Below, piece after piece: positions 17,579 through 26,665 of a DNA stretch of 42,572 nucleotides. Numbering within the stretch: the first letter of the stretch is position 1; each line of letters starts with the position of its first letter. Below the pieces are notes generated by a model. That model saw only the letters and a program-made list of their open reading frames with translations, had not been told where the DNA came from and ran no database searches. Source of the DNA: a virus; IMG/VR virus record IMGVR_UViG_3300032132_000001, positions 1 to 42,572 of that record. One strand, 5' to 3'. The position numbers and the translations under genes are program-made.

Positions 17579-17604
17579 TCGTTCTTCAGATACCTGCAGG
17601 GGGC

Positions 17605-18984
17605 TTAATCCCTGCAACTTAGCTGGATCTTTCGGCCCCACGGGGGCTCAACATCGGTGTTGATGCACCATAGGACAGGGAACGGGGGAGGTTCGGGGAA
17701 TCCTGCGTATCCATCAGTCAGGATGATGTTCACCCGGCCAACCACGCTGTGTTCGATGATACCATTGATGGCGATGTCGAAGCTCGTTCCTCCTCGTCCG
17801 TGGATCTTGATTTTCCTCCAGTCGCCACGGTGGTAGATATCGATCGCCTGGATCGCGTGGTCGAACTGTACCACGGTGATCTTGAACTTAGCGCTCATCG
17901 ATTCGATTTCTGCGAAGAACTGTTTGATCAGTTCATCTGAGACTGACCCTGAAGTGTCCACCAGCAGGGTGAGCGGTACACTTGCGTGATTGCTCTTGCC
18001 AGGGACCCCGAAGGTGTCGTGGCGTCGGCTTCGGCGGGCGTACGTCTTGCGCTTGCCTCCCAGCTTGCGCCCCACGTACTGCTTCAGTTCCGACTTCCAG
18101 TTGACCTGTGGGTCCTTGAGGGCTTCGATTGCTCCCACCAAGTGCCCTGGGATGTCACCAGCAGAGGTGGACTGCTGCACCATATCCCTGACGACTTGTC
18201 GTGCTTCGTCAGAGTCCGCAGTGGAGGTGTCCCAGATCGAGTGGTCGTCAATCAGCACGCCGTCGAGGAAGTCACCCATACCACCAGCACAGGCGTCACA
18301 TCCACCGCCCTTCTGCTTGTCTTGGTCTCCTTGGCCTCCACCCTTCTGGCCCTTGCCCTTCTTCTGGCCTCCGCCTCCACCCTTGCCATCTACACCTCGT
18401 CCACACTTGGGGCACTTGATGTTCTCTCGTGCCCATTTGTAGACCTCTTCAGAACTAGACTCTTGCGGCGGTCCGTTCTTGGTGGGGAAGTAAACCGCCT
18501 CACCATACTTCGGCTTGCCCTTCGCGTCTAGCTCGTGTTCCCCATCCTTGTTGAAGATCGGAATAGGTGGGAGCTTCTTGATGCGCGGCCTCTCCTTGGG
18601 GCCGTTGAGTACGGCATCGCATGACCAGTTGAACAGTTCTGGGTGCTTGGTGCCACCACGTACGATGTGCATACGTACCACATGCTCCACCTCGTGGATC
18701 AGCACGGCGATCAGCGCGTTATTCTGGGCATCCGTTCGGTTAGCAGCGATAGCTGCCACGAACAACGGGCTCCACAGGCACTCCACACGGCCACCAGCCA
18801 TCATCCGGACGCCCATCGTGGGCACTTGGCGCGATTCTTTCCAGTCGATGAGTGAACACATGGTGCCGTACCACGGCTTTGTGGTGAGCAACTTACACCT
18901 TGCGTTCATTAGGATCTCGCCAGCCTCATCTACTGCCGCTTTCGCGTCTTCGATTGAGGGCGGCGTGTATTTCTTGTCAGCCAT
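17605..18984 (-). CDS. DUF2201-type metallopeptidase + VWA domain protein (MoxR partner)
   Basis: HEVEH zincin motif, CPKC...G/K/Q-rich linker...CDAC, MIDAS DTSGS, GRGGTSF, ILTDG. Confidence 0.9.
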   Translation of the reverse strand: MADKKYTPPSIEDAKAAVDEAGEILMNARCKLLTTKPWYGTMCSLIDWKESRQVPTMGVRMMAGGRVECLWSPLFVAAIAANRTDAQNNALIAVLIHEVEHVVRMHIVRGGTKHPELFNWSCDAVLNGPKERPRIKKLPPIPIFNKDGEHELDAKGKPKYGEAVYFPTKNGPPQESSSEEVYKWARENIKCPKCGRGVDGKGGGGGQKKGKGQKGGGQGDQDKQKGGGCDACAGGMGDFLDGVLIDDHSIWDTSTADSDEARQVVRDMVQQSTSAGDIPGHLVGAIEALKDPQVNWKSELKQYVGRKLGGKRKTYARRSRRHDTFGVPGKSNHASVPLTLLVDTSGSVSDELIKQFFAEIESMSAKFKITVVQFDHAIQAIDIYHRGDWRKIKIHGRGGTSFDIAINGIIEHSVVGRVNIILTDGYAGFPEPPPFPVLWCINTDVEPPWGRKIQLSCRD

Positions 18985-19030
18985 CGTTCCTCCGCTTCTC
19001 AGATACCTGCGGCAGAGATTATTTGTACCG

Positions 19031-19951
19031 CTAGAGCGATTTGCTCACATGCTTCGCGATCCATTTCTTCTGCTTGGCGTCTAGTGGGTATGGTCTACAA
19101 CGAAACTTCACAGTCTTCACATTGTCTTCTGGTGATAATGCAGTTCCACGAGGGGTATCTACTGTGTACTCATGCACACGGTAGTAGATGTCGTTGTAAA
19201 CCACGAATAGATCACATCTATTTTGTGCGAATAGGACTATGAAATCGGAGCAAGGGTCAGCTAGTTGTTCTTGGTTGGGAGGCTTCACCGTAAAGATAGT
19301 ATTACCATCGACCTCTTGCCAGCCCTTTAGCAAGCCCAACTTACCCTCACAAGTCCTGCTTGCCTTTCCTGAGGGCTCATAGGTGAGATCAGACATGCTA
19401 ACTGGACGATGATATGAGGCTGGTTTTGGTAACCTTGACTCTTTACAAGCTGCAATACCATCGTCCATTAGTGCGAAGAGCCATTCTATCGTTTCCTGTG
19501 GAAGGTCTAGCTTAGCCACAATAGCGAATTTCTGCTTCTTCCTGTTCTTGATGGCGATTACGCCATAGAATTCAGCATCCTTGTAGATCAGAGTGTTCCT
19601 ACCATTCTGTGCTAGATACAAGGTGTTGAATTCACCGATATCAGGATATGGGACCTTAGTTTGACGATGGACTTTCTCTACCGTCCATCCCCAGCACTGA
19701 GGCCCCTTAGTACGATACCCATTACTATCTAGTATGTCCACCCGAATGCTGGATAGGGTATAGGTCGGGCCGACGTCATTGTTGTGGAAGAATCCGAGGA
19801 CTCCAGGTTTGAAGATCTCGGAATGCTCACCACCAATCTGTTCGATCTCGGTTATTTCGATAGGATGGAAACTGAAACCGATAGCGGCTGCCCTCGGGGG
19901 CTTGGGCAGCCTATTCCAGGTATGGTTCCAATTGGCGTCTGCCATACTCAT
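19031..19951 (-). CDS. Hypothetical protein (AT-richer)
   Basis: ATGA overlap at 19948-19951. Confidence 0.7.
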   Translation of the reverse strand: MSMADANWNHTWNRLPKPPRAAAIGFSFHPIEITEIEQIGGEHSEIFKPGVLGFFHNNDVGPTYTLSSIRVDILDSNGYRTKGPQCWGWTVEKVHRQTKVPYPDIGEFNTLYLAQNGRNTLIYKDAEFYGVIAIKNRKKQKFAIVAKLDLPQETIEWLFALMDDGIAACKESRLPKPASYHRPVSMSDLTYEPSGKASRTCEGKLGLLKGWQEVDGNTIFTVKPPNQEQLADPCSDFIVLFAQNRCDLFVVYNDIYYRVHEYTVDTPRGTALSPEDNVKTVKFRCRPYPLDAKQKKWIAKHVSKSL

Positions 19952-20979
19952 GCAGTGTCTCCCCAATCTAGATCTGCCAGGCCAGGCATCTCAGTGTATC
20001 CGTAGTCCTTGATAGGAAGAGATTTACGTGCAGTGATCTTCTTCTTTCCCTGCTTGGTAAAGGTGTCCACGATCTTCTTGATCACGTTACCTTCTTCGTT
20101 GCGGACATGTTCCCCGGACTTCACCAGGAACTCCTTGTCCGGGTCGGAGAACTTGCCCTTTACCTTCTTGGCAGGGCCTTCTAGGAGCTGCTCGGTGTCG
20201 AAGTAGTGGAGGGGCTTGGACTTGATGCCCTTTGCTCCTCTCTCCCTCGCCGCTGCCCAGATCGCCTCAGCAACCGACCAACGCTTCTCTTCCAGCTCCT
20301 CGATGGTCTCGCAGCCTGCTTCTTCCTCAGGCTTAAGGAACATCGGCATCGCCATCGCACGAGTCCAGATGCCGGCCTCGGAAAGCTCCTCGATCAACTT
20401 CAGGCGACGCTTGACTGATGGTGTGCGATCCTCCCACACTTTCTTCAGTTCCTCATCCAACGTCGTGATCGTGATCTCGGCCTGCAGACACTTCAACTCT
20501 TTCAAGAGTTCCAGATCCTCCAAGATGAGTGGAGATTTGGTGACGATACTGATGGCCCACAGTGTACCATGGTCTTCTTGCTCTTCCAAGAATGCCCTTA
20601 GCACGTTGTGCATTAGACCCACGTCTTCCATGTCCAGGCCGTGCCCCTTTTTGGGGTATTGTTCGTCGGTTTTGATAGCCTTGATCATTCTGGGGTGGTA
20701 CACCTCAGACGCAACACCAATCTGGACACGGCGAAGGTGAAGCGGGAGGGTGCGCAGCTTCGCGAGCTGTCGCGCGAGCTTCTTGGCGATCTTGGCTTTG
20801 TACCCCATCGTCTCACCTAGGGTGGACGACTGGTTGAAGGGGAAACTTCGCAGATAACAGTATCGACAGTTGAAGAGACAGCCGATTGCAGGGTTGCAGG
20901 TGTAGGGAAAGTTGTAAGTGTTGACCTTACTTTGGCGAGTAAGGGCGGGGCTAGTCCCCTTAGACTGAAAAACTTCCAT
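19948..20979 (-). CDS. Radical SAM protein, spore photoproduct lyase (SplB)-like superfamily
   Basis: NPAIGCLFNCRYCY, IVTKSPLI, TITTLD...PSVKRRL; GGAGG RBS. Confidence 0.85.
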   Translation of the reverse strand: MEVFQSKGTSPALTRQSKVNTYNFPYTCNPAIGCLFNCRYCYLRSFPFNQSSTLGETMGYKAKIAKKLARQLAKLRTLPLHLRRVQIGVASEVYHPRMIKAIKTDEQYPKKGHGLDMEDVGLMHNVLRAFLEEQEDHGTLWAISIVTKSPLILEDLELLKELKCLQAEITITTLDEELKKVWEDRTPSVKRRLKLIEELSEAGIWTRAMAMPMFLKPEEEAGCETIEELEEKRWSVAEAIWAAARERGAKGIKSKPLHYFDTEQLLEGPAKKVKGKFSDPDKEFLVKSGEHVRNEEGNVIKKIVDTFTKQGKKKITARKSLPIKDYGYTEMPGLADLDWGDTA

Positions 20980-21068
20980 GTTCGCCTCCTGTTTGCGGAT
21001 ATTTCTTGGATACAGCGCCCCGAGGGCATCCCAACCCAGACATGGATTATCCCCTAGAGTGGGGATAG

Positions 21069-21104
21069 TGGGAGCCGTGGCGACTCAACGTGCCACGGCT
21101 CCCA
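21069..21104 (-). promoter_or_regulatory. 13-bp hairpin containing the conserved 13-mer (copy 3, 21086-21098)
   Basis: TGGGAGCCGTGGC/GCCACGGCTCCCA stem. A second hairpin (TATCCCC/GGGGATA) follows at about 21047-21067. Confidence 0.75.
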
Positions 21105-21110
21105 GGGGGC

Positions 21111-22439
21111 CTACTTCTTGCCCCAGGCCACGTCCTGCATGAGGTCGGCCAGGTCCTTACGCTTGTTCAGCGCACCCATCCAGCCGAGACCGCCACCCAA
21201 GTCGCCGGTCTGCTTGAACCGCAAGGCGATCCGTCGCAGGTTCTCGTTAGAGATAACCGACGCACCCAAGCTCTGAGTCTCCTCACCCACCAGCTGACGA
21301 CCGAGCATCACCGCCAGGTCTCGGTCACGCTGTGCGCACAGCCACTGCATGAAGTCCAAGACGTTCTTGACGATCTTCTTGTCGCTGCTGTGCTCCCGCG
21401 CGTTGCTCACGATACCCCACGTGAGACCGGCGAGCTGCGGGCGCTTCCACTTGCTGAGCTTGCTGGAGAACGGGGTCACACCCCGATCCAGGATATCCTT
21501 CGGCACCACTTCCGCCGAGAAGCTGAGGTAACCACGCGCCAGGCCCTGACCAACCAGGCCGGCAATGACTTCCTCGTACACATCCCGTACATCCTGCGGG
21601 AGGTCGTCCGAGTCGGAGATCACGGCCTCGACACGGGCCACCATATCCCACGCACGGGGCGAAGGCTTGATGGTGAATCCGTAGTCACCCTTGATCTCGC
21701 CCATCAGGTTCTTCTTGTCGAACCCGACGAACTGCAAGATACGGTCAGCCTGCTCACCGTACTTGCCGACCATGTACTCCGTCCAGTCCTGCGCCGCAGC
21801 ATCACCACCAACGGTGACGTTCAGGTGGCAGAACCGGTCGAGGAATGCCTCATCGGTGAAGTTGTTGACGACGTAGTTGCCGCCTTCCGCGTTCATGTAG
21901 TTACCAGCACAGGCGATCATCCAGCCTGACGGTACGGTGTACATGCCCACAGCGCGGTCCAGCACGAGCTGGAAGCTAGCCTGCAGCACGTCATCTTCCG
22001 AGCGGTTGATCTCGTCCAGGAACGCGATCCCCCGGTGCAGGTCGATGTCCACGCTCTTGCACTTGGGGCATTCTTCCGGCAGCTCACCAGTCAGCTGGTA
22101 GTCGCCATTCTTGCCGAACTTCTCACCGCATTCGCAGCAAGCATATTCACCATGCGGCAGCTCTGCCGGGGGCAGGTACCGGGTGACATGGTTGCCGTAG
22201 TCATCTTCGTGCTTCTCGGGCAAGCCACGGATGTCGGGCGCTTCACACTGGCTCAGGCGCAGGTCAATGAACCCCCACTTGAGCTTGGAGGGATTACCAT
22301 CGCGGAGGCGGTGGAAGTTCTCCGTCGTGATCTGCTTGACGCCCTGTGACTTGCCGATGCCACGGTGACCCCAGAGCATAGGGGTGACACCGGCTGCACC
22401 GCACAATTGGACGGCGAGCTTCGCTTTCGAGATATTCAT
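21111..22439 (-). CDS. MoxR/dynein-related AAA+ ATPase with zinc-ribbon insertion
   Basis: Walker A GHRGIGKS, DLRLSQ...DIRGLP, Walker B FLDEINR, AGN, AFLDRF, PSPRAW; insertion CCECG...CPKC. Confidence 0.92.
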   Translation of the reverse strand: MNISKAKLAVQLCGAAGVTPMLWGHRGIGKSQGVKQITTENFHRLRDGNPSKLKWGFIDLRLSQCEAPDIRGLPEKHEDDYGNHVTRYLPPAELPHGEYACCECGEKFGKNGDYQLTGELPEECPKCKSVDIDLHRGIAFLDEINRSEDDVLQASFQLVLDRAVGMYTVPSGWMIACAGNYMNAEGGNYVVNNFTDEAFLDRFCHLNVTVGGDAAAQDWTEYMVGKYGEQADRILQFVGFDKKNLMGEIKGDYGFTIKPSPRAWDMVARVEAVISDSDDLPQDVRDVYEEVIAGLVGQGLARGYLSFSAEVVPKDILDRGVTPFSSKLSKWKRPQLAGLTWGIVSNAREHSSDKKIVKNVLDFMQWLCAQRDRDLAVMLGRQLVGEETQSLGASVISNENLRRIALRFKQTGDLGGGLGWMGALNKRKDLADLMQDVAWGKK

Positions 22440-22503
22440 ACTTTCTTACTCCTACATCTATTACGGACCAGCCTCAACGGCGAGCTGAGATTGCTCATCA
22501 TCT

Positions 22504-22534
22504 AATAACCCTGCAGGTTACTCTACTGCAGGGT
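22504..22534 (-). terminator. Hairpin (possible terminator) upstream of the MoxR gene
   Basis: ACCCTGCAG/CTGCAGGGT stem followed by TATT. Confidence 0.4.
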
Positions 22535-22562
22535 GTTCGATGGCCTTGCGAAGCTTTATGTC

Positions 22563-22988
22563 CTAGGGACCAGACGGTTGCTGCTGTTGCGGGATATTTA
22601 CCAGGTGACGGCAGTTAGGATAAGTGGAGCAGCCCCAGAAGGGCCCACGCCGACCAGTCCTGTAAACCATCGCCGAATTGCACTGTTGACATACGGGAGC
22701 CTGCAGACCATTTGGCGGCGCAGGGTTGGTATGGGGTTGGCTCGGAGCCGGTGTCTGAGCAGGAGCCTGTGGAGCGGGTTGGGTGAAAGCTGGTTGAGGG
22801 GGACCAGCCGGTCGCAACGCGGCCTGCTTCCTATCCTCTCGGTACCTCTCGGCCCTGAGCAGCTCCAACCCAGCGACGAATAGCGCTGTGGTTTGTTCGC
22901 TTGGGAGAGCCAGCTGCGTGTGGAAGTGAGTGTAGAGATTGGCGAGTTCAGTGAGGAACTCTTTCTCACTTGTGATTTCGATTGGCAT
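22563..22988 (-). CDS. Protein with topoisomerase-type C4 zinc finger
   Basis: CQQCNSAMVYRTGRRGPFWGCSTYPNCR after a P/Q/A-rich linker. Confidence 0.85.
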   Translation of the reverse strand: MPIEITSEKEFLTELANLYTHFHTQLALPSEQTTALFVAGLELLRAERYREDRKQAALRPAGPPQPAFTQPAPQAPAQTPAPSQPHTNPAPPNGLQAPVCQQCNSAMVYRTGRRGPFWGCSTYPNCRHLVNIPQQQQPSGP

Positions 22989-22989
22989 A

Positions 22990-23298
22990 TTAGCCTCCGA
23001 ACCTATCTTCCCACATTTCCTCTTGTTCTTGGATACGCAGGATTTCGTGTTGTAGATGGTAGACTCGTAGGAGCCTCATATCGTTCTCGATGGAGGCTCT
23101 TAGAATATAGCCCTTCCCATCACATCCACCACAGGGTAGGAATGATTCGAATAGATCCATGAACTGCCCCTTGGTTCCTTTACAGGTGAGGCAAGTTACC
23201 CTGCGTGCGACCAGCTCTACTGTTCTTGTGTGACCTGGCTTTCCAACCCAAATATTAGTGGCTGGGTCAATCCACATATCGAACTTGATCTTGTCCAT
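22990..23298 (-). CDS. Small protein with DnaJ-type CxxCxGxG zinc motifs
   Basis: CLTCKGTKG...CGGCDGKG. Confidence 0.7.
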   Translation of the reverse strand: MDKIKFDMWIDPATNIWVGKPGHTRTVELVARRVTCLTCKGTKGQFMDLFESFLPCGGCDGKGYILRASIENDMRLLRVYHLQHEILRIQEQEEMWEDRFGG

Positions 23299-23311
23299 GG
23301 CCTATTCCGGC

Positions 23312-23707
23312 CTAGCTATTTATAGCTTCTTCCCACAGATCAAACCTGTCCAGCATCTGCTTAGCTAGGCGTCTATTGTGAGCTATCCACTTTCTTAGGT
23401 TGCTCACTAAATGTTCTATTATGATTTCTTTGCTGCGGGGATCGGCTATCTGCACCTCGATCTCCGCCTCCCCCACCTCTGTCGCATAGGGAGTCCTGAA
23501 GATGATTAGATCTTCCTCGGCGTTCCCTTGCTCATGGAGAGTGATAGAGGTGGTTTGCTCATCGATCTCGTACATCGTAAGGATATGCGCCGGCCCCTGA
23601 AACGCGATACCAGGGAACCGTTGATTCACTTCCTCTACGATCTCACGGATGTACTCCGCTTGCACCCTATGGTTTAGGGATTTCCAATGGTCGGGGTCAT
23701 CGGCCAC
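23312..23707 (-). CDS. Hypothetical protein
   Basis: TAGTG junction; 131 aa. Confidence 0.65.
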   Translation of the reverse strand: MADDPDHWKSLNHRVQAEYIREIVEEVNQRFPGIAFQGPAHILTMYEIDEQTTSITLHEQGNAEEDLIIFRTPYATEVGEAEIEVQIADPRSKEIIIEHLVSNLRKWIAHNRRLAKQMLDRFDLWEEAINS

Positions 23708-24006
23708 TAGACTTCTCGGACACGCCGAACATGTTCGAAGAAGACGTTGACCTGATCGATGTAGTCGGTGCTCTCTTCGCCCTCTGACGTGATCTCGATC
23801 ACAGTACAGTTGTCGTTCCGCTCTACAACTTGGGAGACCCTGTAAGTGCGACCCTGGTGTTCTAGATGGCCTGCCAATACACCATCCTTATTACCCATCA
23901 CGATCTTGGCGAATTGGGCTAGTAGATTCTCTAGCTCTTCTACTTCTTCCTTCATGCACTCCACAACCTTCAACTTTCGTGGAGTGGCGGTTGCATCATT
24001 CGTCAT
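23707..24006 (-). CDS. Hypothetical protein
   Basis: GGAG RBS; fits the array. Confidence 0.65.
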   Translation of the reverse strand: MTNDATATPRKLKVVECMKEEVEELENLLAQFAKIVMGNKDGVLAGHLEHQGRTYRVSQVVERNDNCTVIEITSEGEESTDYIDQVNVFFEHVRRVREV

Positions 24007-24130
24007 CGTGCTGTCTCCTTAATTGTTTTCTTCTTTCAACTTCAATGGGGGCACCGATGCCCACTACCACCACTATAAGGAGAAATAGGGCTACCCATAG
24101 GTAGCCCAGAATTTGACTAAGCGTCTCCAT
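23996..24130 (-). CDS. Small single-TM membrane protein (44 aa)
   Basis: METLSQILGYLWVALFLLIVVVVGIGAPIEVERRKQ; fills the gap between neighbours. Confidence 0.55.
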   Translation of the reverse strand: METLSQILGYLWVALFLLIVVVVGIGAPIEVERRKQLRRQHDDE

Positions 24131-24707
24131 CATCACCGTCAGCCGGCTGCGGGAAGGACGGAGATGGGACAGCAGCTGCCAGATCGTCCAGGAGGTCGCC
24201 GTCGTCATCGTCGTCATCGTCCCCGTCATCGAAGACAGGAGCAGGTGCCGGCGCTGGCGTGGTGACACCTTGATGACTATACGGGTCTCCCGTTGTCGGG
24301 TGGTAGAGCCAGCACCCGCTTGGGGCACCAGCCATCTGTACCATCGTACGAGCGTATGCCGGTGCCTCTCGGATGACGGCATCGTGTACCGCATCTCGCA
24401 TCGTGGTGTGACGTTGGTCACCACCCCGATTCTGGACTTCCTTGCTCACGTCGTACGCGGTGAACATCTTGTCGGCGTCACGCCATTCGGCGATGACTTC
24501 TTCTACCAGGCTGAGGTTGTCGTTATGAATCATTGTCTCGTTGTGAAATACGGGAGGGGTGATCTTGACTTCACCCTCGTCGAGTTGTCGGTGCAGTTCA
24601 TTCAGTTCGTGCCAAGCTGCATCGATATGGTTCCAAACAACATCTGCATGCTCTGCTGTCAGGGAACTTAGGAGGTTACACATGACGTGTTCAACAGTTT
24701 CTCGCAT
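24117..24707 (-). CDS. Hypothetical protein with acidic/Pro-rich tail
   Basis: 196-aa ORF with high-GC3 codons. Confidence 0.75.
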   Translation of the reverse strand: MRETVEHVMCNLLSSLTAEHADVVWNHIDAAWHELNELHRQLDEGEVKITPPVFHNETMIHNDNLSLVEEVIAEWRDADKMFTAYDVSKEVQNRGGDQRHTTMRDAVHDAVIREAPAYARTMVQMAGAPSGCWLYHPTTGDPYSHQGVTTPAPAPAPVFDDGDDDDDDDGDLLDDLAAAVPSPSFPQPADGDDGDA

Positions 24708-24710
24708 TCG

Positions 24711-25058
24711 TTACTCGTATTCCTCTACCACGGTAAGGGACCCATGTCCATCAATGCTTTGGGCGAATAGGTAGTAAGTTCCTTCGGAGGTAATCATCTT
24801 ATGGACCATGCATTCTCTCCGATCTTCAAACTCACAACCGGCTATTCCTTCGCTAAGTTCTGCGGTACGCTCCGCGATTTTTTCGGGTGTATCCAAGTAC
24901 CCTTCGTCGATCTCTTCTTGGATCCACTCTTTGAGAGCTTGAGCATCAGGAGGGAAGGCCAAGTATTCAGACCTGCGGAGTTCTTCGGTGTCCTCACTAT
25001 AACCAATTGGTTCGAAGCTGAGGATCTCACCATGAGGGACTGCTTCTCGTAGTTTCAT
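24711..25058 (-). CDS. Hypothetical acidic protein
   Basis: GAGGAG RBS; TAATG junction. Confidence 0.7.
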   Translation of the reverse strand: MKLREAVPHGEILSFEPIGYSEDTEELRRSEYLAFPPDAQALKEWIQEEIDEGYLDTPEKIAERTAELSEGIAGCEFEDRRECMVHKMITSEGTYYLFAQSIDGHGSLTVVEEYE

Positions 25059-25369
25059 TATTCCTCCTCTTCAAACAGGTCCGTCTCATCCTTGAGGTAC
25101 TGAATGTACTCTTCTAGAGTGTAGACTCGGAACACCTCGAAATGAGTAGACTCAGCTTCCTCTACGCGGATATTGAGTTTTTCCACTAAAGCCCTAAGCT
25201 CGTCCCACTCGTCAATCAGAGCTTTTACGATCAGATCAAGATCTGGGTCGAAGAAATGGATCCTATCTGGTGGGTCGATCCACTCGCCTTCCATTGCGTA
25301 GTGGATTTCAGCTGTGGGCCAGGTACGATGTCCTGGCTTCTTTTTTGCTTGTTTAGTTTTCTTGGCCAT
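25058..25369 (-). CDS. Hypothetical protein
   Basis: Start MAKKTK at 25369, just after the PNKP stop. Confidence 0.65.
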   Translation of the reverse strand: MAKKTKQAKKKPGHRTWPTAEIHYAMEGEWIDPPDRIHFFDPDLDLIVKALIDEWDELRALVEKLNIRVEEAESTHFEVFRVYTLEEYIQYLKDETDLFEEEE

Positions 25370-25370
25370 C

Positions 25371-26303
25371 TTACCCCTTGAAGAATTCCTCGGCGTCGAT
25401 GTACTGGAATCCGAGGCGCTTGGCGAAGGTCTTGTCTGTGGTCTGGTCACCTACGTAGATGCACTTACCTGGATTGAGCTTGTGCTTCTCGATCAGGAGT
25501 ACACCGAGACCAGATTGAGGCTTGCGACAGTAGCAGCGAGGCGGGACGTTGTGATCACAGAAGTGGTACTCGATCTGCACCCCAAGCTGGCGGTTGGTCT
25601 CCTCAAAACATGCCACGGCATCCTCACGAGTCAACTGACCCCGTGCCACACCGGACTGATTTGAAACACCAAGCATCAGCCGATCACCGACGAGCTTCTC
25701 GATCACCTTACGACCAGGCAGGAGCTTCACCTCGCTCGGCTTGGTGGGGAACTTGAGCTTCTCGTGGAGCGAGGTGCGAAGCGTCTCATCATAGTCAAAG
25801 ATGACAGCTTCAGTCTTGTACCCTAGGGAGCGACGGACGAACTTGACCTTCTCGATCTTGTCGAACCCCTCACTCTTATCGGGCTTCTCGAATTCCTTCT
25901 TGTACTTGAAGATCACGGCGATGGGGAAGGTGTTAGGACACTTGATTCCCTTCAGATCTTCTGGTGCACAGAAGATGCGCCCGTGCTTCTTGTACATGCG
26001 GTGCAGCGCGTTAATCTGCGCGTCTTCCGCTGAGGTCGCGACCCAGATGCAGCGGATCGGGATGCCCGCTTTCCGGCAGGCGTCGATGAACGGCTTCCGC
26101 ACCTCTGCCGTGGGGAAGAGGTTGTCGAGTACGACGGATTCGCCAGCTTTCAGCGCCCCGTCGAGGTGAGGGAGGAGTCCGACGATCTTGCCGCCGATCT
26201 TATCCCGGTTGAGGTGGACATACCCCTTGTCGATGAGTTCTTGGGAGTGGGAGGTCTTGCCGCTGGCGGGAAGACCGATCACCATCACTGCCTCTTGGGT
26301 CAT
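25371..26303 (-). CDS. Polynucleotide kinase/3'-phosphatase-like bifunctional enzyme (P-loop kinase + HAD IIIA)
   Basis: GLPASGKT, NRD, VLDN, R.PF in the kinase half; FDYDETL, VSNQSG, CRKP..G, YVGD...D in the HAD half. Confidence 0.85.
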   Translation of the reverse strand: MTQEAVMVIGLPASGKTSHSQELIDKGYVHLNRDKIGGKIVGLLPHLDGALKAGESVVLDNLFPTAEVRKPFIDACRKAGIPIRCIWVATSAEDAQINALHRMYKKHGRIFCAPEDLKGIKCPNTFPIAVIFKYKKEFEKPDKSEGFDKIEKVKFVRRSLGYKTEAVIFDYDETLRTSLHEKLKFPTKPSEVKLLPGRKVIEKLVGDRLMLGVSNQSGVARGQLTREDAVACFEETNRQLGVQIEYHFCDHNVPPRCYCRKPQSGLGVLLIEKHKLNPGKCIYVGDQTTDKTFAKRLGFQYIDAEEFFKG

Positions 26304-26665
26304 TCTGTTTCTCCACAGGCAAGGTGCCACACCTTGCCTTTGATGTCTACGGTATCAGATCCTGCTTTCACAGGCTCATCACATCCGGGGCAGTTACCCC
26401 AACAGTCGCAAACCGCTTCGCCCCCACCATATGCTGGAGGGATTTCCCTATGAGGCTTGTCGCAAGTGGTACACCACATGAACGGGCCGTTCCCACAGGA
26501 ACTACAACCTACGTGAGGGCACTTATTTTCTCGCATCTCAGCGAACCAGGATTGCGGCAGCTCACAGCTGGAACATTCCCTTTCTCGGTCGTTATCGTTG
26601 TTCCCACAGTTAGTGCTATCACATTCTGCAAACGATTGACCACAGCTCTGGCACCCTTTAGTCAT
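26300..26665 (-). CDS. Cys-rich multi-zinc-finger protein
   Basis: Multiple CxxC pairs and WHLAC; ATGA junctions. Confidence 0.7.
   Translation of the reverse strand: MTKGCQSCGQSFAECDSTNCGNNDNDRERECSSCELPQSWFAEMRENKCPHVGCSSCGNGPFMWCTTCDKPHREIPPAYGGGEAVCDCWGNCPGCDEPVKAGSDTVDIKGKVWHLACGETE

Noticed and set aside
25606-25619. Near match to the 13-mer (AACATGCCACGG)
   Set aside because: It is mismatched and inside the PNKP coding sequence, so it was not counted.
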